Positions 12,068-26,352 of a stretch of 64,000 nt of DNA are shown here, piece after piece. Numbering within the stretch: the first letter of the stretch is position 1; each line of letters starts with the position of its first letter. Below the pieces are notes generated by a model, which worked only from the letters and a program-made list of their open reading frames with translations, did not search any database and had not been told where the DNA came from. Origin of the DNA: Piromyces finnis finn (taxonomy: Eukaryota > Fungi > Neocallimastigomycota); NCBI GenBank assembly GCA_002104945.1, contig MCFH01000014.1, forward strand, positions 62,001 through 126,000. The letters run 5' to 3'. The translations under genes were made by a program, and so were the position numbers.

Positions 12068-15000
12068 AGTTTTTGGATTTTTATCAAAAAAAAAAAAAAA
12101 AAACAATATTTCAATTTAAACTATTATTGTTAAACTGTTATTTATTATTGTTATTGCTTTTTTTTTTCTCTTTTTTTTTTTTCTTCCTTTTTTTTTTTTT
12201 TTTTTTTTTTTTTTTGTAAAAAAAAAACTATTTTTAAAAAAAAAATATAATTTAAATTTAATATTTATTGTATATAAATTTGATAAAATTAATATAGCAT
12301 TTTTTTAATTTAGTACTGAAAAGTTTATTAATGACTTTTTCTTTAGTAATTAAATAGTTTTCTTTCTCTTATTTTTTTTTTTTTTTTTGAAAATCTATTT
12401 AATTATAATTAATATAAATATATTATTAATTAATTTTAATGTTATTAATAAAAAAGGAAATTTATAATATCGAATAATAACTTTACCTTTATATAAAAGT
12501 GAATAAGTCAATTTATATATATAGCAAGAATTAATATATAAATATTCTTTTAAAATTTTTTGTAGTTTATAATAAAAGAAATTGTTTATAGCGAAATGAA
12601 TTGTTATTATTTCAAAAAAAGAAGCAATTAATATTATTTAGAAATTGATAATTTGCTATGAATAAATAAATAAAAAAAAAGTAATAAATTTCATACTTTC
12701 TTTTTTTTTTTTTTTTTGTTTTGTTTTTTTTTAATATTTCAAAGATAAAGTTATATATTACAAAAAAAACTCTTTATTTGTATAGAATTCTAGAATGGTT
12801 TATCGACAAGATTACTAATAATGGAAAAATAACTTGTACAAATATTTTATCTAGTACTTCATAAATTAGAAATGTTATTTTATTATATTCTTATTTTTTT
12901 ATATTATATAAATTATTTTTTAAATAATTACTTTATAATATTATATTGGAAATTATATTCCATTGATATTTGAGTTTGAAAGAAATAATTATTATGTAAT
13001 TAAAATAATTCACTCAATAAAAATATAATTTATTGTTCAAGATAATATAATTTTGATTTTATTATTTCTCTTTAATAAATGATTAAATGATTTTTAATTG
13101 AAAAGATTACAATTATTATATTAAATCAATTAATAGTAATTTTTTTTTTTTTATATTAAAAAAAAAAACAATTTTTTATTTTAATTTATTACTATTACTA
13201 TTATTATTACTATCGTTATGTGGTGTAACTAATATTGTTTAAACTTTATCTTTTCTTTTTTATTATAATTATGTTTTTTTTTTTTTTTTTCATTTATAAT
13301 AATTCAAGATTTAAAAGATAGAAGAAAAAAAAAAAGATTAAAAGAAATTAATAAATTAATATTGATAAATTTATTTTAATATAATTATTTAAAATTTTTG
13401 ATATATGGCGCATATACATAAAATGATGAAATTATATAATATTCTATATTAAATTATAAATATTTCATGGCTAATTATATCATGTGTATTTCATGAGATA
13501 TCAACATAGATTCTGAATTGGACTTTCAGAACTTTTTTTGTACTACAAATTCATATCAGAATTTAGGGCTCCAACATAAAAGAAAAAAAAAAGGAAATTA
13601 ACCAAATTGTCTACTACCAATATTTAAGTTCTATGTAAATATACATATTTTTTTTTAACAATTTAAAGTATTTAGAGTTTGATATATATTTAATATTATA
13701 TTTCATTGCTAAATTAGATAATATGCATGTGTTTAATTTCGAAAAAGCTTAATGTTTTTTAATTCTATATTTAATTGTAAAATGCCTATTTATATATTTT
13801 CTTTTTCTTAACCATTATAGATAGAATGTTATTTTTTTTTCTTCTTTTAATAATTATTTTAAATACCATTCTATTGAGTAAAAAAAAAAAAAAAAAAAAA
13901 AGAAATCTATAATTAATTAATATTTTTATTAAATGAATATTATATATTATTTATTTATTAAATTATATTACAAAAGTGTATTATACATATATAATAATTA
14001 ATAATATTAATATTAAAACCTTATTATTAATATAAATTTATTCAATAGAATGATTTAATATTTTATTTTATTTTATTATATTGTTACATGTAATTTAATA
14101 GATTTTTATTTCATATCAATAATATTATTCAGTTTAATTATTGACAAAAAAAAAAGTTTATTTATTATACTATTTAAAAAGATGAACTATAAAGAACTAT
14201 CGGAATAGAGCCTAATTTAGAAGATTTTTTTTTTTTTTACTTTTAGTTAAATGAATAGTATAATAATATAATAGATAATATTTTGAATTTTTTGTAACCG
14301 CCTCTTAGCTATTCATAATACATAAATAAATAATTTAAAACAATAATAATATAATATTTATGATCATAGTAATAATTATTCAATGATCCTTTGTGTATTT
14401 AATTATGTCTTTATTATTATTTTTAATTTATATACTATAAATAAACAATAAAATATATAAAATACTAACAACTTTATCCATCATTAGCATTATGTAATGA
14501 AAAATGTTATTATTTTTCATTACTTTAATAGGTTTCAAATAATATTTATAATTAAAAATGATATAAGGTTTGAAATTTTATTTATATTAATAATAATACT
14601 AAAAAAAAAAAAAAAAAAAAAAAACACCTTATTTATTAATTAAAAAAAGTATAATATTTAGTTTTTTAATTATTTACACAAAAAAAGAATGGAAAAGTAA
14701 TAATAAAAATTATAACATATTTATATTTTATAATTTCAACACTTTTATTACTAAAAAACATTAAGAGATCTATTAGTATTTAGATAAGCAATTAATAATT
14801 AGAGTACTTAAAATGACACGGAATGAGATTAAAAAATAAAAAAAAAAAAAAAGAAAAATAAAGTGCAATTTATATATTTTTTTTTTTTAATAAATAGTAG
14901 TAATAATAATAAAAATGTTAAAAGAATTGCCATATATTATCGAATGATCAAATATATATTAGCTAATAGTAAAAAATTCTTATTTTTATATTATCTTTTT

Positions 15001-18000
15001 TTTTTTTAATTCTACTTTATTTACAAAATTTATTATATATCAAAGCCAAATTCAATAGTGTAACGAGAAAAAATTGTAATCTAGGCAATTTTATAAACCT
15101 TTCATATATATTTTTCAAATACACATATATATTTATAACATTCCAAGAATTAGTAATCCATTTTATACTTTAGCAAAAGAATTTTCATAAATTATATTTT
15201 ATGTATGTTTATCATAAATCTATACATAAATTTCTTTCACCAATAAATGTTCGAGAAATTAATTAATTTGTTGAATTGATTAAATTGTTAAAAAAACAAT
15301 ATTCTATAAATTAAAAAATGAAAATGAGTTTGTATCCATCTATTTTATTTTATAGACATTTTAAATAAATATGAATATATATTTATTAGTAAGACTGATA
15401 ATTTTTAAGTAAATTGTTATCATCTTATATTTAATAGATTTAAATATTTTTTATTAGTTTTTGGAAAACCTTAGTAGAAAAGTATAACAAATAATAATAA
15501 ATTAATCATAAATTTTAATATATGATCTATTGAATTTTTCTAAAAAGGAAAGATTAAATAAACTTTTTTATATTAAATAAAGTTTATATAAAGAATAATT
15601 AAATTATATTAAAGTAGAACAAACTCATAGATCAAAGGAAAATTAAACATTAAAAAATATTAATTATTTCCTTTTTAAGGTTTGGAATTTAATATAAATA
15701 TTTTATTAAGTATTTTATCACCCTTTTCAATCAATTTAATTAATATATTGAAAATAATAAGGTGATTATATTATTAATAAACTTTATTAATTATAAATGA
15801 CTTGTTGAAATCAAACTCTGTCATATATAGAATTTTATTATTATTGGTTAACGAATATCAATAAAATAAAAAAAAGAAAAAAAAAAAAGAAAAATATTCT
15901 AAAACTACTACCACCATATAACCATGAAATATAAAAGTTTACAATTTCGTTATTAAATACTAATACGATGAAAGAAAATTCTTTATTCCTATTTTGAAGC
16001 GATATATCTTATAATCCTAGTTAAAAGAATATAATCCATATATTTAATTCTTATAAATTCCTTTTTTTTTTTTTACAAAAAAAAGTAACAAATATCATCT
16101 ATTTATTGTACATTTTATCTTCTTTTATGTATTGAATAAAATATATAGGATGTAATAATGTTAACAGATAAAATCATTATATGAATTATATGATAAATTA
16201 CACATATTTATATACAATAATATAATATAAAGTTTATAATTTTCCCCATATTACATAAAACTCTAATAATAAATGGTAATATAAAAGATTATTGTTATTA
16301 TCCACCTACAATTTCTTTTCTTTTTCTTTTCTTTTTTTTTTTTTTTTTTTTTGAATTAATAAAAAGTTCTTATTATATCTATGGCATATAATGTCATATA
16401 ATATGTATATATATATTAAACATTTTTATTAGTGTTATTATACCTATATACTAAAATACTATTTGTTACTTATTTAAAATTTTAAGAACAATTGACTAAA
16501 AAAAAGTAATATTTCTTTTTTTATTTTTTTTTATATAAAAAATACCTATTATAACAAATGTTGTTTTAATTTTTTTTTTTTTTTAGACAAAGAAGAGAAT
16601 ATACTTCTTGTATATATTTATTTAATTTATAATTGTATTAGGTGATAACACAATTGATAAAATAAATAATAAATAAAAATAATTAAATATAAAGATATAA
16701 ATATAAATAAAAAATAAAATATAAGTTGAATAAAAGTTCAATGAACTAATTTGTACTGTGTGGGATTGATCCTTTCTTAATAGATTAAATGAAATAAAAA
16801 AAAAAGTAACGATCAGATATGATAGTGTGATGTTTCTTCCATGAGTTCTTAATGTTTTCATTCAAAGAAATATAATATATATCCTAGATTAGATCCAATG
16901 GCCAAAATTTCAGCCAGAGATAAAAATTTCTCCTGGAAGAAGTTCTGGCTAAAAAATCTCAAAAAAATCATAACATTGAACCCTGTGTAAGGAACATTAG
17001 GAATGCTCTTTTGCTATATTGGTACGATGTCGGTGCTCTTGATTACATTAGATGTCTTAACTAAATCTATCAAAAAGTAGCTTCATAGAGTTACTAATGA
17101 TAATAGGGATTGTTTTAGTAAGAAAAGACTTTCTATATATGGAACATGAGACCCTAACTGTTCATTCAAATGTCTTTGTTCCACCTTATCAAAAATAATT
17201 TATAAAGTATCAAGATAAAAATAGTAATAATATATTGTATGAATTAGAAATAATGTCTATAGCCTTATAAAGTTAATTACTGGTTAATGAAAAAAATTCA
17301 TTTAAAGGAATTAATTAATAATCCATAAAAGAGTTCGATTATATGAATAAATCAACTAGAAGTTTATATGTTTTATAAATGTTTATTTCATTTTAAAAAC
17401 ATATGAAATAAAAGTATATTCAATTTTAATTAAGATTTTCAAATTAATTGTTTCAAAAAAAAAAAAAAAATAAAATAAAATAAAATTAAATAAAAAAAAG
17501 TTAAAATATAAAATATTTCTTCTTTTTTTTCTTTTTTCTTTTTTTTTATTTCTTAAAATGTAAAGATAATTTTTTATACACTATATAATAATCTGAATAT
17601 TTAAGTAAATTAAATAATTTTTAAAAACATATTAAAATATAAAAATTTAAAGTTTTTTATTAACATCATCAATTATTAGTTGTACATTTATATAAAGTAG
17701 ATAAATAATATAATAAACTTTTATTTCTTTTTTTCTTTTTCTACATAAAATAAATAAATAAAAACTGTAACAACAACAACAGTAAAAAGCAATAATTGAC
17801 TAAAGTTTTAACTTTTAATTTTTTTTAAAAAGTAATTTTTTATATAAATTTTTATAATTAATATTAACCAATCATTTTTTTAAAAATGTTTAAATCTTTC
17901 AATTTTTTTTTTTTAAAAAATAATATTGAAACAAAAAATAATTATTAAAATTTTAATAATTATTATAATAATATTATTATCTCAAAAAACAACAAAAATA

Positions 18001-18116
18001 TAAAGTCTAGATATACAAACACACACACATATATATTTTTTAAAAAAAAAAAAGTGTCAATAAACTCATTGAATAATTTATTATAATATATTTTGAATTA
18101 ATTTTTTTTTTTTAAA

Positions 18117-21100
18117 ATGGAAGAAACAAATAAAAGAATTCTTGACAATTCATCTCCAGAAGTTGAAAACAATGATGCAAAAAAAGTCAAAATTGATGTA
18201 GAATCTTCAGTTGAAAACAGTAGTAACAATGAAGTTTCTATGACTAATGTTGAAGAAAGTAGTTCAGTAGAAGCTTCTAATACTGAAGTTACCGAAGCTT
18301 CAAATACTGTTGAAACTACTATTGAAGAAACAGATAATAACGAAGAAGATAAGGAACAACAAACTGAATTTAAAATTAAGATTGAAAAACTTCCACAATA
18401 TATCAATATTCCAGATTTAAGAAAAATATTCCAAAAATACGAATTAAGATTCTGGAAATGTAAAACTAATTTAAAATGGGATTTTGCTTTTGCTAGCTTT
18501 AAAGTAAATATCAATAAGTAATATAATTTGATAATAAGAAAAAAAAAAAAAAAAGACCAATATAGTATTACTCTTTTTGGTGTAAATAGTTAATATTGAA
18601 TAGAAATAAATATAAAAGTTAAAGAAAAAATAAAGTAGAAATGTAAATCAAATTTGATAATATAAATGAGGAAATCGATTAATAAATGAAATGTGAATTT
18701 TGGAATTTCATTAATTAATTGTAAAATCAAGTTATCTTAATTTAAACTTAAAATTATTATTTACACAGAGAAAAAATAAAATCAATGAAATTTTGAACCG
18801 ACAAGTATTAAATAATCGAAACCAAACATAACAATTACTTTGAAATATTTCAATATAATCATAAATAATAGGAAATTAAATTTTAAAAGATTAATTTGAA
18901 ATTTATAAATTATTTTTTTTTTTTTAGTTATTTATTATTTATAAATATTTATTTACTTACGAATTAAACTAACAAATTAATATATATATATATATAATCT
19001 AATAAGTCTGAAGAAGAAAGACAAGATGCTATCAATAAATTAAATGGCTTAAAAATTAAAACAAGTAATATTGTTGTAATACCAATTAACGATGTAACTA
19101 TTTTTTTTTATTTTTATTTTATTAGTATAATAAAGTTTATTCATTTTATTAATATTAATTTATATATTTACCATATATAATATAATCATTATATATCCAT
19201 TAAAGAATAAAGATAAAGAAAAGAAATTTGAAAAAAGACCAAGTAACATAAGTAGAAAGGGTAATGTCAAAGAACCAGAACCAGAAGATACCAGAACCCC
19301 AAATGAAAAATTAATGGATCAAGTTACTCCATTCTGGAGGTACATTAAAATTAAAAAAAAAAAAAAAAAAAAACATTTTAGCATATATCATTATCCATTT
19401 GATTAATTAATTAATTAATTACTTATTATATATAATTATTTATAAATTATTTTCGGTAGATTTGAATATAAAAAACAAATTTTCAAAAAAGCTAGAATTA
19501 ATAAGAAGGTTCTTAGTGCTATGGTTAGAACTTTTAATCAAAAAGGTCGTTACATGGAAGATAAACAAAAATCTCAATTAGGTTGGGTTAAGGAAGCGTA
19601 AGTAGAATTTTTTTTTTTTTTTTTTTTTTTAAATTTAAAATTTACAATAAAGATATGATATTAATTAGTTTTAAGCCAATTTAAAAATGAATATTATAAT
19701 AATCAAATTAAATATTTATTATTTATTATATTTAATATATGCTTCATAAACATATTATAATAAATATAAAATAGTTCTGACGCTAACCGTGGTTTAATTT
19801 GTCCACTTGATGAAGTTGTTAAGTCACCAGTTTTAACTCATTATAGAAATAAATGTGAATTTACTATTGGACATGATTTTGAAGGTCAAAGAACTATTGG
19901 TTTTCTTTTAGGTTTATTCCGTGAAGGTGTTACTGTTGTTTTAGGTATAGATGAATGTGTTCATGTCCCAGAAAAGGCTAAAGCTGTTGTTAAGCATTTC
20001 CAAGTAAATATATATATATTAATTATTAATTCAATCCATACCTATTTGAAATTACAAATAAACTGATTAATTAAAAAAAAAAAAAAAAAGGAATATATTC
20101 GTAAATCTGATTTAGATGCTTTTAGTAGAAAAGGTCATAAAGGTTTCTGGCGTTTACTTACTACTCGTTTCTATAAAACTGGTGAAGGTATAATTAAACA
20201 TTTTAAATATGCATTATTCCCCCTTTTTTTTTTTTTTTTTTAGTTTTATAATATTCTTTTTATATTTTAATTATATTAAACTAAAATAAATAATTATTAT
20301 AATATTTTTCTCACCTTTTTTTTTTTTTTTTTTTTTTTGTTATTTACTCTTCAGATATGATTATTATTCAAGTTCACCCACAAGATCTTTCAAGAGAAAG
20401 AATAGAACAAGAAAAGAAGAATTTAGTAACTTTCTTTACTGATTTAATGGAAAAGATTCCAGATTTACATATTTCTAGTTTACTTTTCCAAGAATCTGAT
20501 GAAGTTTCTAATGGTGCCACTGAAAAAGCTGAAATGGAAGTTTTAATGGGATCAAAATATGCTCATGAAAACCTTTTAGGCATAAAGTAAATCATCTATA
20601 TATATTTATAGTATTAAATATATATAAAATAAATATTAATGCTTTAATTCCTTTTTTTTTTTTTTAAAAAAAAAAAAAAATAGCTTTAGAATTTCACCAA
20701 ATGCATTCTTCCAAGTCAACACTGATGCTACCGAACTTTTATACACAACTATTCGTGATTGGTGTATTGATAGTGTTGGCAAAGATAAAAAGATTGTTTT
20801 ACTTGATATCCTTTTAATTTCAATCTATCTATATATATATATTTAATATTCAATAATTCTTGATTTAATTTCCCCAATAATTATTTTATTATAACAAAAA
20901 GTTATTCCTTAACCTCCTTTTTATCTATTTATCTTTTAATTTTTTTTTCCTCAATTATAATAATTTATATCAATACATCTTTGTTGTGGTACAGGTACTA
21001 TTGGTATTTGTATGGCTCAATACTTTAAACGTATTGTTGGTATTGAATTATGTGAACAAGCAGTTGTTGATGCTCGTTACAATGCCGAAACTAATAACAT

Positions 21101-21764
21101 TAAAAATGTAGAATATATCTGTGCCAAAATTGAAGATGCTATGAAGGGTGTATTTAATAAAATTGGTCGTGATGAAGAAGTTGTTGCTGTACTTGATCCT
21201 CCAAGAACCGGTGTCCGTATCCTTTTTTTTTTTTTCATGAATTATATATTTTCAATATTAAATATATATCTATATATGTTTATAGATCTAAAAAGAAAAA
21301 GTATATATTATTATTCCTTAATTTCTGTTCTTTTTTCCATTTCAATTTTTTTTTTTTACTTTTAATAGATGGATCTGTTATTCAAGCTATTCGTGAATGT
21401 GCTGGATTAAAACATTTAATTTATGTTTCATGTGATGCTAATGCTGCTATTCAAAACTTTATAGAGTAAATTTAAATTTAAATAGATATAATAATATATA
21501 TATATATATATATTATTTTTTTTTAAAAAAGAAAAAAATTTTATAAATTATAATATAGAAATTAAACAACAATCATGATTTTTAAATTTTTTTTTATTAA
21601 TACCTCTTTTCTTTATATATTTTATATTTATAATTATTAGTCTTTGTAGACCAACTTCCAATAGATACAAGAACAATTTCTTTAAACCAGTTCGTGCTAG
21701 ACCATTTGATCTTTTCCCACAAACTAGACATTGTGAACTTGTTATTGATTTTAAGCGTGATTAA
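18117..21764 (+). CDS. TRM2: tRNA (uracil-5-)-methyltransferase TRM2/TRMT2A; 11 exons: 18117-18503, 19007-19093, 19206-19339, 19460-19597, 19775-20003, 20091-20187, 20355-20586, 20684-20805, 20977-21216, 21369-21465, 21641-21764
   Basis: The spliced frame is continuous. It contains an RRM-like N-terminal part, YRNKCEFTIG, AFFQVN, SAM motif LLDLCCGTGTIG, GIELCEQAV, LDPPRTGVH, IYVSC and DLFPQTRHCELV. Confidence 0.94.
20806..20976 (+). other. U12-type (minor spliceosome) AT-AC intron in TRM2
   Basis: 5' end ATATCCTTTT, branch consensus TTCCTTAAC at 20905-20913, 3' end ...CAATAC. Removal restores G|AT (Asp) in LLDLCCGTG. Confidence 0.93.
21217..21368 (+). other. U12-type GT-AG intron in TRM2
   Basis: 5' end GTATCCTTTT, branch-like TTCCTTAAT at 21314-21322, 3' end ...TAATAG. 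Removal restores DPPRTGVH|GSVIQAIR. Confidence 0.88.
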
Positions 21765-22004
21765 AACTATTCCTCACTTTTTAGAATTTAATTTTTTAAT
21801 TTTTAAATTATTTTTTTTTTTTCTTTAATTCATTTCGTTTTAGTTTAATTTATATATTAAATATTATTATAATAACAACTACAACAATTACAACTTATAA
21901 AAAAAAAAAAAAACATATATTTAGAGAATAATGCAATAATAATAATAATAAAACATATATATATTATTATAAGTATACAAACTTTTTTTTTTAATTGCAT
22001 TAAT

Positions 22005-22048
<44 letters not shown>

Positions 22049-22616
22049 TTATAATTTCATAATTACATAGAATTATTTAAAGTTGATTAAAATAAAAGAA
22101 AAAGGGATTATTTTTTTTTTATTATATTTTATTTTATTTTATTATATTTAAATTTTTATTATTATTATTATTTTTTGTTTGGTGATATAATTATTACTGT
22201 TTTTTTTTTTTTTTCACTTATTTTATGGAAATGATAAAGATAGATTTAATTTATCCTTTTTTTTTTTTTCTTATCTTCTTTTTCTAAACTAGGATGAATG
22301 GAATAAAAAAAAGAAAAGAAAAGAAAAAATACTTATTATCTATATTATATTAAATAATAATAAAATAAAAATATTTTTATTAAATATAGAACAAAAATAG
22401 TACTTTTTTTTTTTTTATATATTTACTATATTTTTTTTATTTTTATTTTATTTCATTATTATTATTTTATTTTATTATATATATATATAATAGTTATATA
22501 GGATAAAGGATACATATATATATGTATATAAAAGAAAAAGGAGGGAAAAAATAATAATAATAGAAAAAAAAATTAAGCTTTATTTTAAAATCATATCTTT
22601 TTTTTTTTTCCTTTTC

Positions 22617-22647
<31 letters not shown>

Positions 22648-22660
22648 TTCTACTACTTTT

Positions 22661-25600
22661 TTATTTTGAACAGAATTTTACAAGATTTTTTGCTGATTTG
22701 GTAACATTTTGTAATGAGACAATAACATTACGATTAAATGTAATACGTTGAGTTATTTCTCTTATAATAATGGTATATTGTATGAGACAATGGATATATT
22801 CAATAGAATCTTCATAAATGAGACGATGATCCTCCGCTGTTGAATTAGGATTAATAATGGCTGTGTTATTTAAGGTAATATTTCTAATTGGTATAAGATT
22901 TTTTGATGTGGCATGGATATCATTAAGGGTGGTATCAGGGGTTCCATTAACCGTGTAATTGACACAGGTCAAGAATTTTTCGTAATAATTATCAACAATG
23001 GTTCGGGTATTTTCCATGTGAGGACCTGAACAATCGACAATGAATTGATAGACTTCTGGATTTTCAGAAGCAAAGGTAGGCATTTTTATTGAATCAAACG
23101 TTATCTTAAGTAGTTCCAAACAAGCATAACTTGAACGAAGAGATGAAAATGATAAAATAAAGAATTGTTCTTCTAACGGATAATTAAATTCTTTTAATTC
23201 ATACGTCAACGAAAGATTTTTGAAATTATTCAGACGAGTAGAAGCTACCGAGGGCTGTGGTACAATGGTCATATTAATAGCGGATGGTAAAGAAGAGGCT
23301 GAATAGACAGATACTGTGTCTTCATTATTTTTTACATTGATTCCATTTCCGTTTATATTCATTTCCATATCATTCATACCGGCCATTGGAATGGTAGTAG
23401 ATTGTGGTGTTTGTATTTGAATATTGGATGGAGATCCGTTTTGAATTTGTGATGGTAATGTTTGTTGTTGTTGTTGTTGTGATTGTTGTGATTGTTGTGG
23501 TTGTATTTCATTATTCATAAACACTTCATTGCCTCCTCCTACAATTGCCGTTGAAGAAGAAGCGGAAAGAGAAGATTTATGTCTAATACGTCTTTCTATA
23601 GTTCCTATTGTATTAGAGGATATATGACTTTCATTGCCATTTATACGAGTATTAGTTGTCTCATGATCGATATTACTTTGAGTTGGTGTTATTATTGAGG
23701 TTGGGGTAACGACGGTAGCACTATTAGGGTTATTTCTACTATCTTCTATAGGCATATTGGCATTTATGTCAGAGACGGTGTTAACATTAGTATGATTTAC
23801 GGTTGATACTCCTTCATTGATATTACTATTCGTGACTAAACTGGTAAGACTATCCTTTCTTGGCAATGGGTGTATTTGAGTTTCAATATTAAGTTGCTGT
23901 GACAATTGAGATGGGTGATGTAATGTGTTTTCTGATAAAGGTTGTTGTTTTGAAATAGCAAATGGAGTTTGGTTAGTAATATTGCTATTGTTATTACTAT
24001 TATTATTATCGGTGGTAGCTTGATGAATATTCAACGATTTAATACTTTCGTTATAGCTACCTGTACCACTATCGGTGGCATCAAAACCAGTAAATGATTC
24101 TGTTAAAGATGTTCCATAGATATTAAGAGGTTCAGCAACTTCAGAATTTGATTTTTGATATAAGTTTTTCATGGATGAATTCGAGGCTTGAGATGTTGAT
24201 ATTGGTAGGGAAGAGAGATCATTCAGTGATGAACTCATTGAGGCCTTTAACCCGCTACCATTAATTGGTATTTCGTGACTATCCGTTAAAGATTTACTTG
24301 AATGATGATAAATAGGATTTGTTGCATTTTCATTATTATCAATGCCTACAGATGTTGATATAATGGTTGATGATGAAGAAGTATTTGCTGATTTAGCATT
24401 CATAGTATTGATAATAGAATTCATGGATGATTTTGAATTGTTAGATTTATGATTCATAAGTGATGGTATTGAAGCGGAGGAGGATGATCTTGTCATTGTT
24501 GGTGGTATTGGATTAGAGTTACGTTCAGAAGCTGGAATTGCCATTAGAACACTTTCAGTTGCTGCATGAACTTCTACAATTACACTATGACAGGTAAATA
24601 AAAAGTTTCTTGATACACGAATGTTTGTACTATCCATCAAAAGTTTTAAATTACTTTGTATTGTTATTAAGAGTTTTTTAACATCAGGTATAGTAGTCAT
24701 AACAATTAATTTCAAATCTGAACATAAACGACGATGTAACGATGGTTCGGTCATACCTCTATCGAAACGATCTAATGAATAAATAATTTGACATACCTTA
24801 CGATTAACATCTCCGTATTCTTTTTCAAATAATTCCTTTATTTTAGGGTTTGTTACTGCTGGTGAATATTGTTTTATTGCACGACAAAGTTGTGCTACTG
24901 CATATATTAAATTTCTTGCTGAATCAACAAAATAATATACCCATGGATCTAATTTATCCATATCATGAGTTAATCTAGGAACATTATGAAAATATGTATC
25001 GCATAAAATATCACAATCATTGATCGATGCTGCTTCTCTAATATAACTTTCCAAATTTTTTGAATGTCTTCCTTTAATATCATTATCAGGAATTCTTTAA
25101 TTTTTTTTTATATATATATATAATATTATATACATTTTGTTATTATTAATAATACCAAATTTAAGATTAAAAGATGAGTAAATAGTTTTTTATATATATA
25201 GGATTAATAAAAATAGGTTTCTTATTTTATGAAATATTTATTATAAAAAAAATTACTTTGCATAATCGTTTTTCTCTGCATATTAATATCGGAAGTGATG
25301 AATAATAAATAATAATGATAATAATAAGATTTATATATATGTTAAAACCTATACTATATATAGATATATATTTATATATTTATTTATTGTTTAATATATA
25401 AATATTATTAATATACCATCATTTTTTAAGAACTCTTTTAATCTATTGAGCCACTTATCCTGAGGCATTTCCGGTGGACAATTTATAATGTGTGGTGGTG
25501 GGTATTCAATTGGATTAAATTCTTTTTTTTTTTTAAATAAATATTTTTAAATGTAATATAAATTGTTAAAAGTAATTAAAAATATTAATATTTTTATATA

Positions 25601-25928
25601 TATTATATACTATTTTTTATTAAAAATATGCTTATTCTACCTAATTTTAGTATTTTTAATTCCTTTATTTTACTAAAATAGGAGGGTATTTCTTGTAGTC
25701 TATTTTTTGATATACTGAAAGCCTTTATTTTACGAATACTATTAATATATATATATATAATTACTATAAAACTATAGATATTACCTTTAAGGTATTTTGT
25801 AATCTACCGAAATCTTCGGGTAGAGTTTTAATTTGATTTTTACTAATATCTATTTAAATATAGAATATATTAATTTATTTTGATTTTCATTTTAATTTAT
25901 TATTATATCAAATAATACTCTTTTATTC

Positions 25929-25977
<49 letters not shown>

Positions 25978-26352
25978 TACCTAAAATTTCCAATCGTTGC
26001 ATATAACATAACTAAAATGATATAAATAAATAATTATTACTCTTTATATTTTGATATCTTTAAAATTTATTTACTTGATTAATTTCTTTTTTTTTTTTTT
26101 TTTTTATTGACTTACTGCTTCTGGAAATTCTTTTAATGAATTTGATTTTAAATTTAAATATTGTAAATTCGATAAATAGGTAATTTCAAAAGGTATTCTA
26201 GTTAATTGATTTCCGTCTAATTTTAATCTTTTTAAATTGGTCAAGAGTCCAATTTCGGGAGGTAAGTCCATAATTCCTCGCTGAGATAGGTTCATTTCAA
26301 CTGTCCCCTTTTCTCTTTCTGATTCTATAACACGAACTAAATTATTACCCAT
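22661..26352 (-). CDS. SOG2: RAM-network leucine-rich repeat protein Sog2-like; exons 26352-26116, 26011-25981, 25849-25785, 25722-25641, 25521-25417, 25275-25257, 25094-22661
   Basis: N-terminal LRRs (LKRLKLDGNQLTRIP, LQYLNLKSNSLKEFP, LDISKNQIKTLP, FSISKNRLQEIP, EFNPIEYPP), all joined in frame. The C-terminal helical blocks SARNLIYAVAQL and FFILSFSSLRSSYACLELL are separated by low-complexity sequence, as in Sog2. Confidence 0.8.

Noticed and set aside
12034-12219. Phe/Lys/Ile-rich intergenic ORFs (also 6223, 16622, 28537, 32067, 35207, 43921, 58438, 59221)
   Set aside because: Products of poly-T/poly-A and AT-rich sequence, with no coding-like composition.
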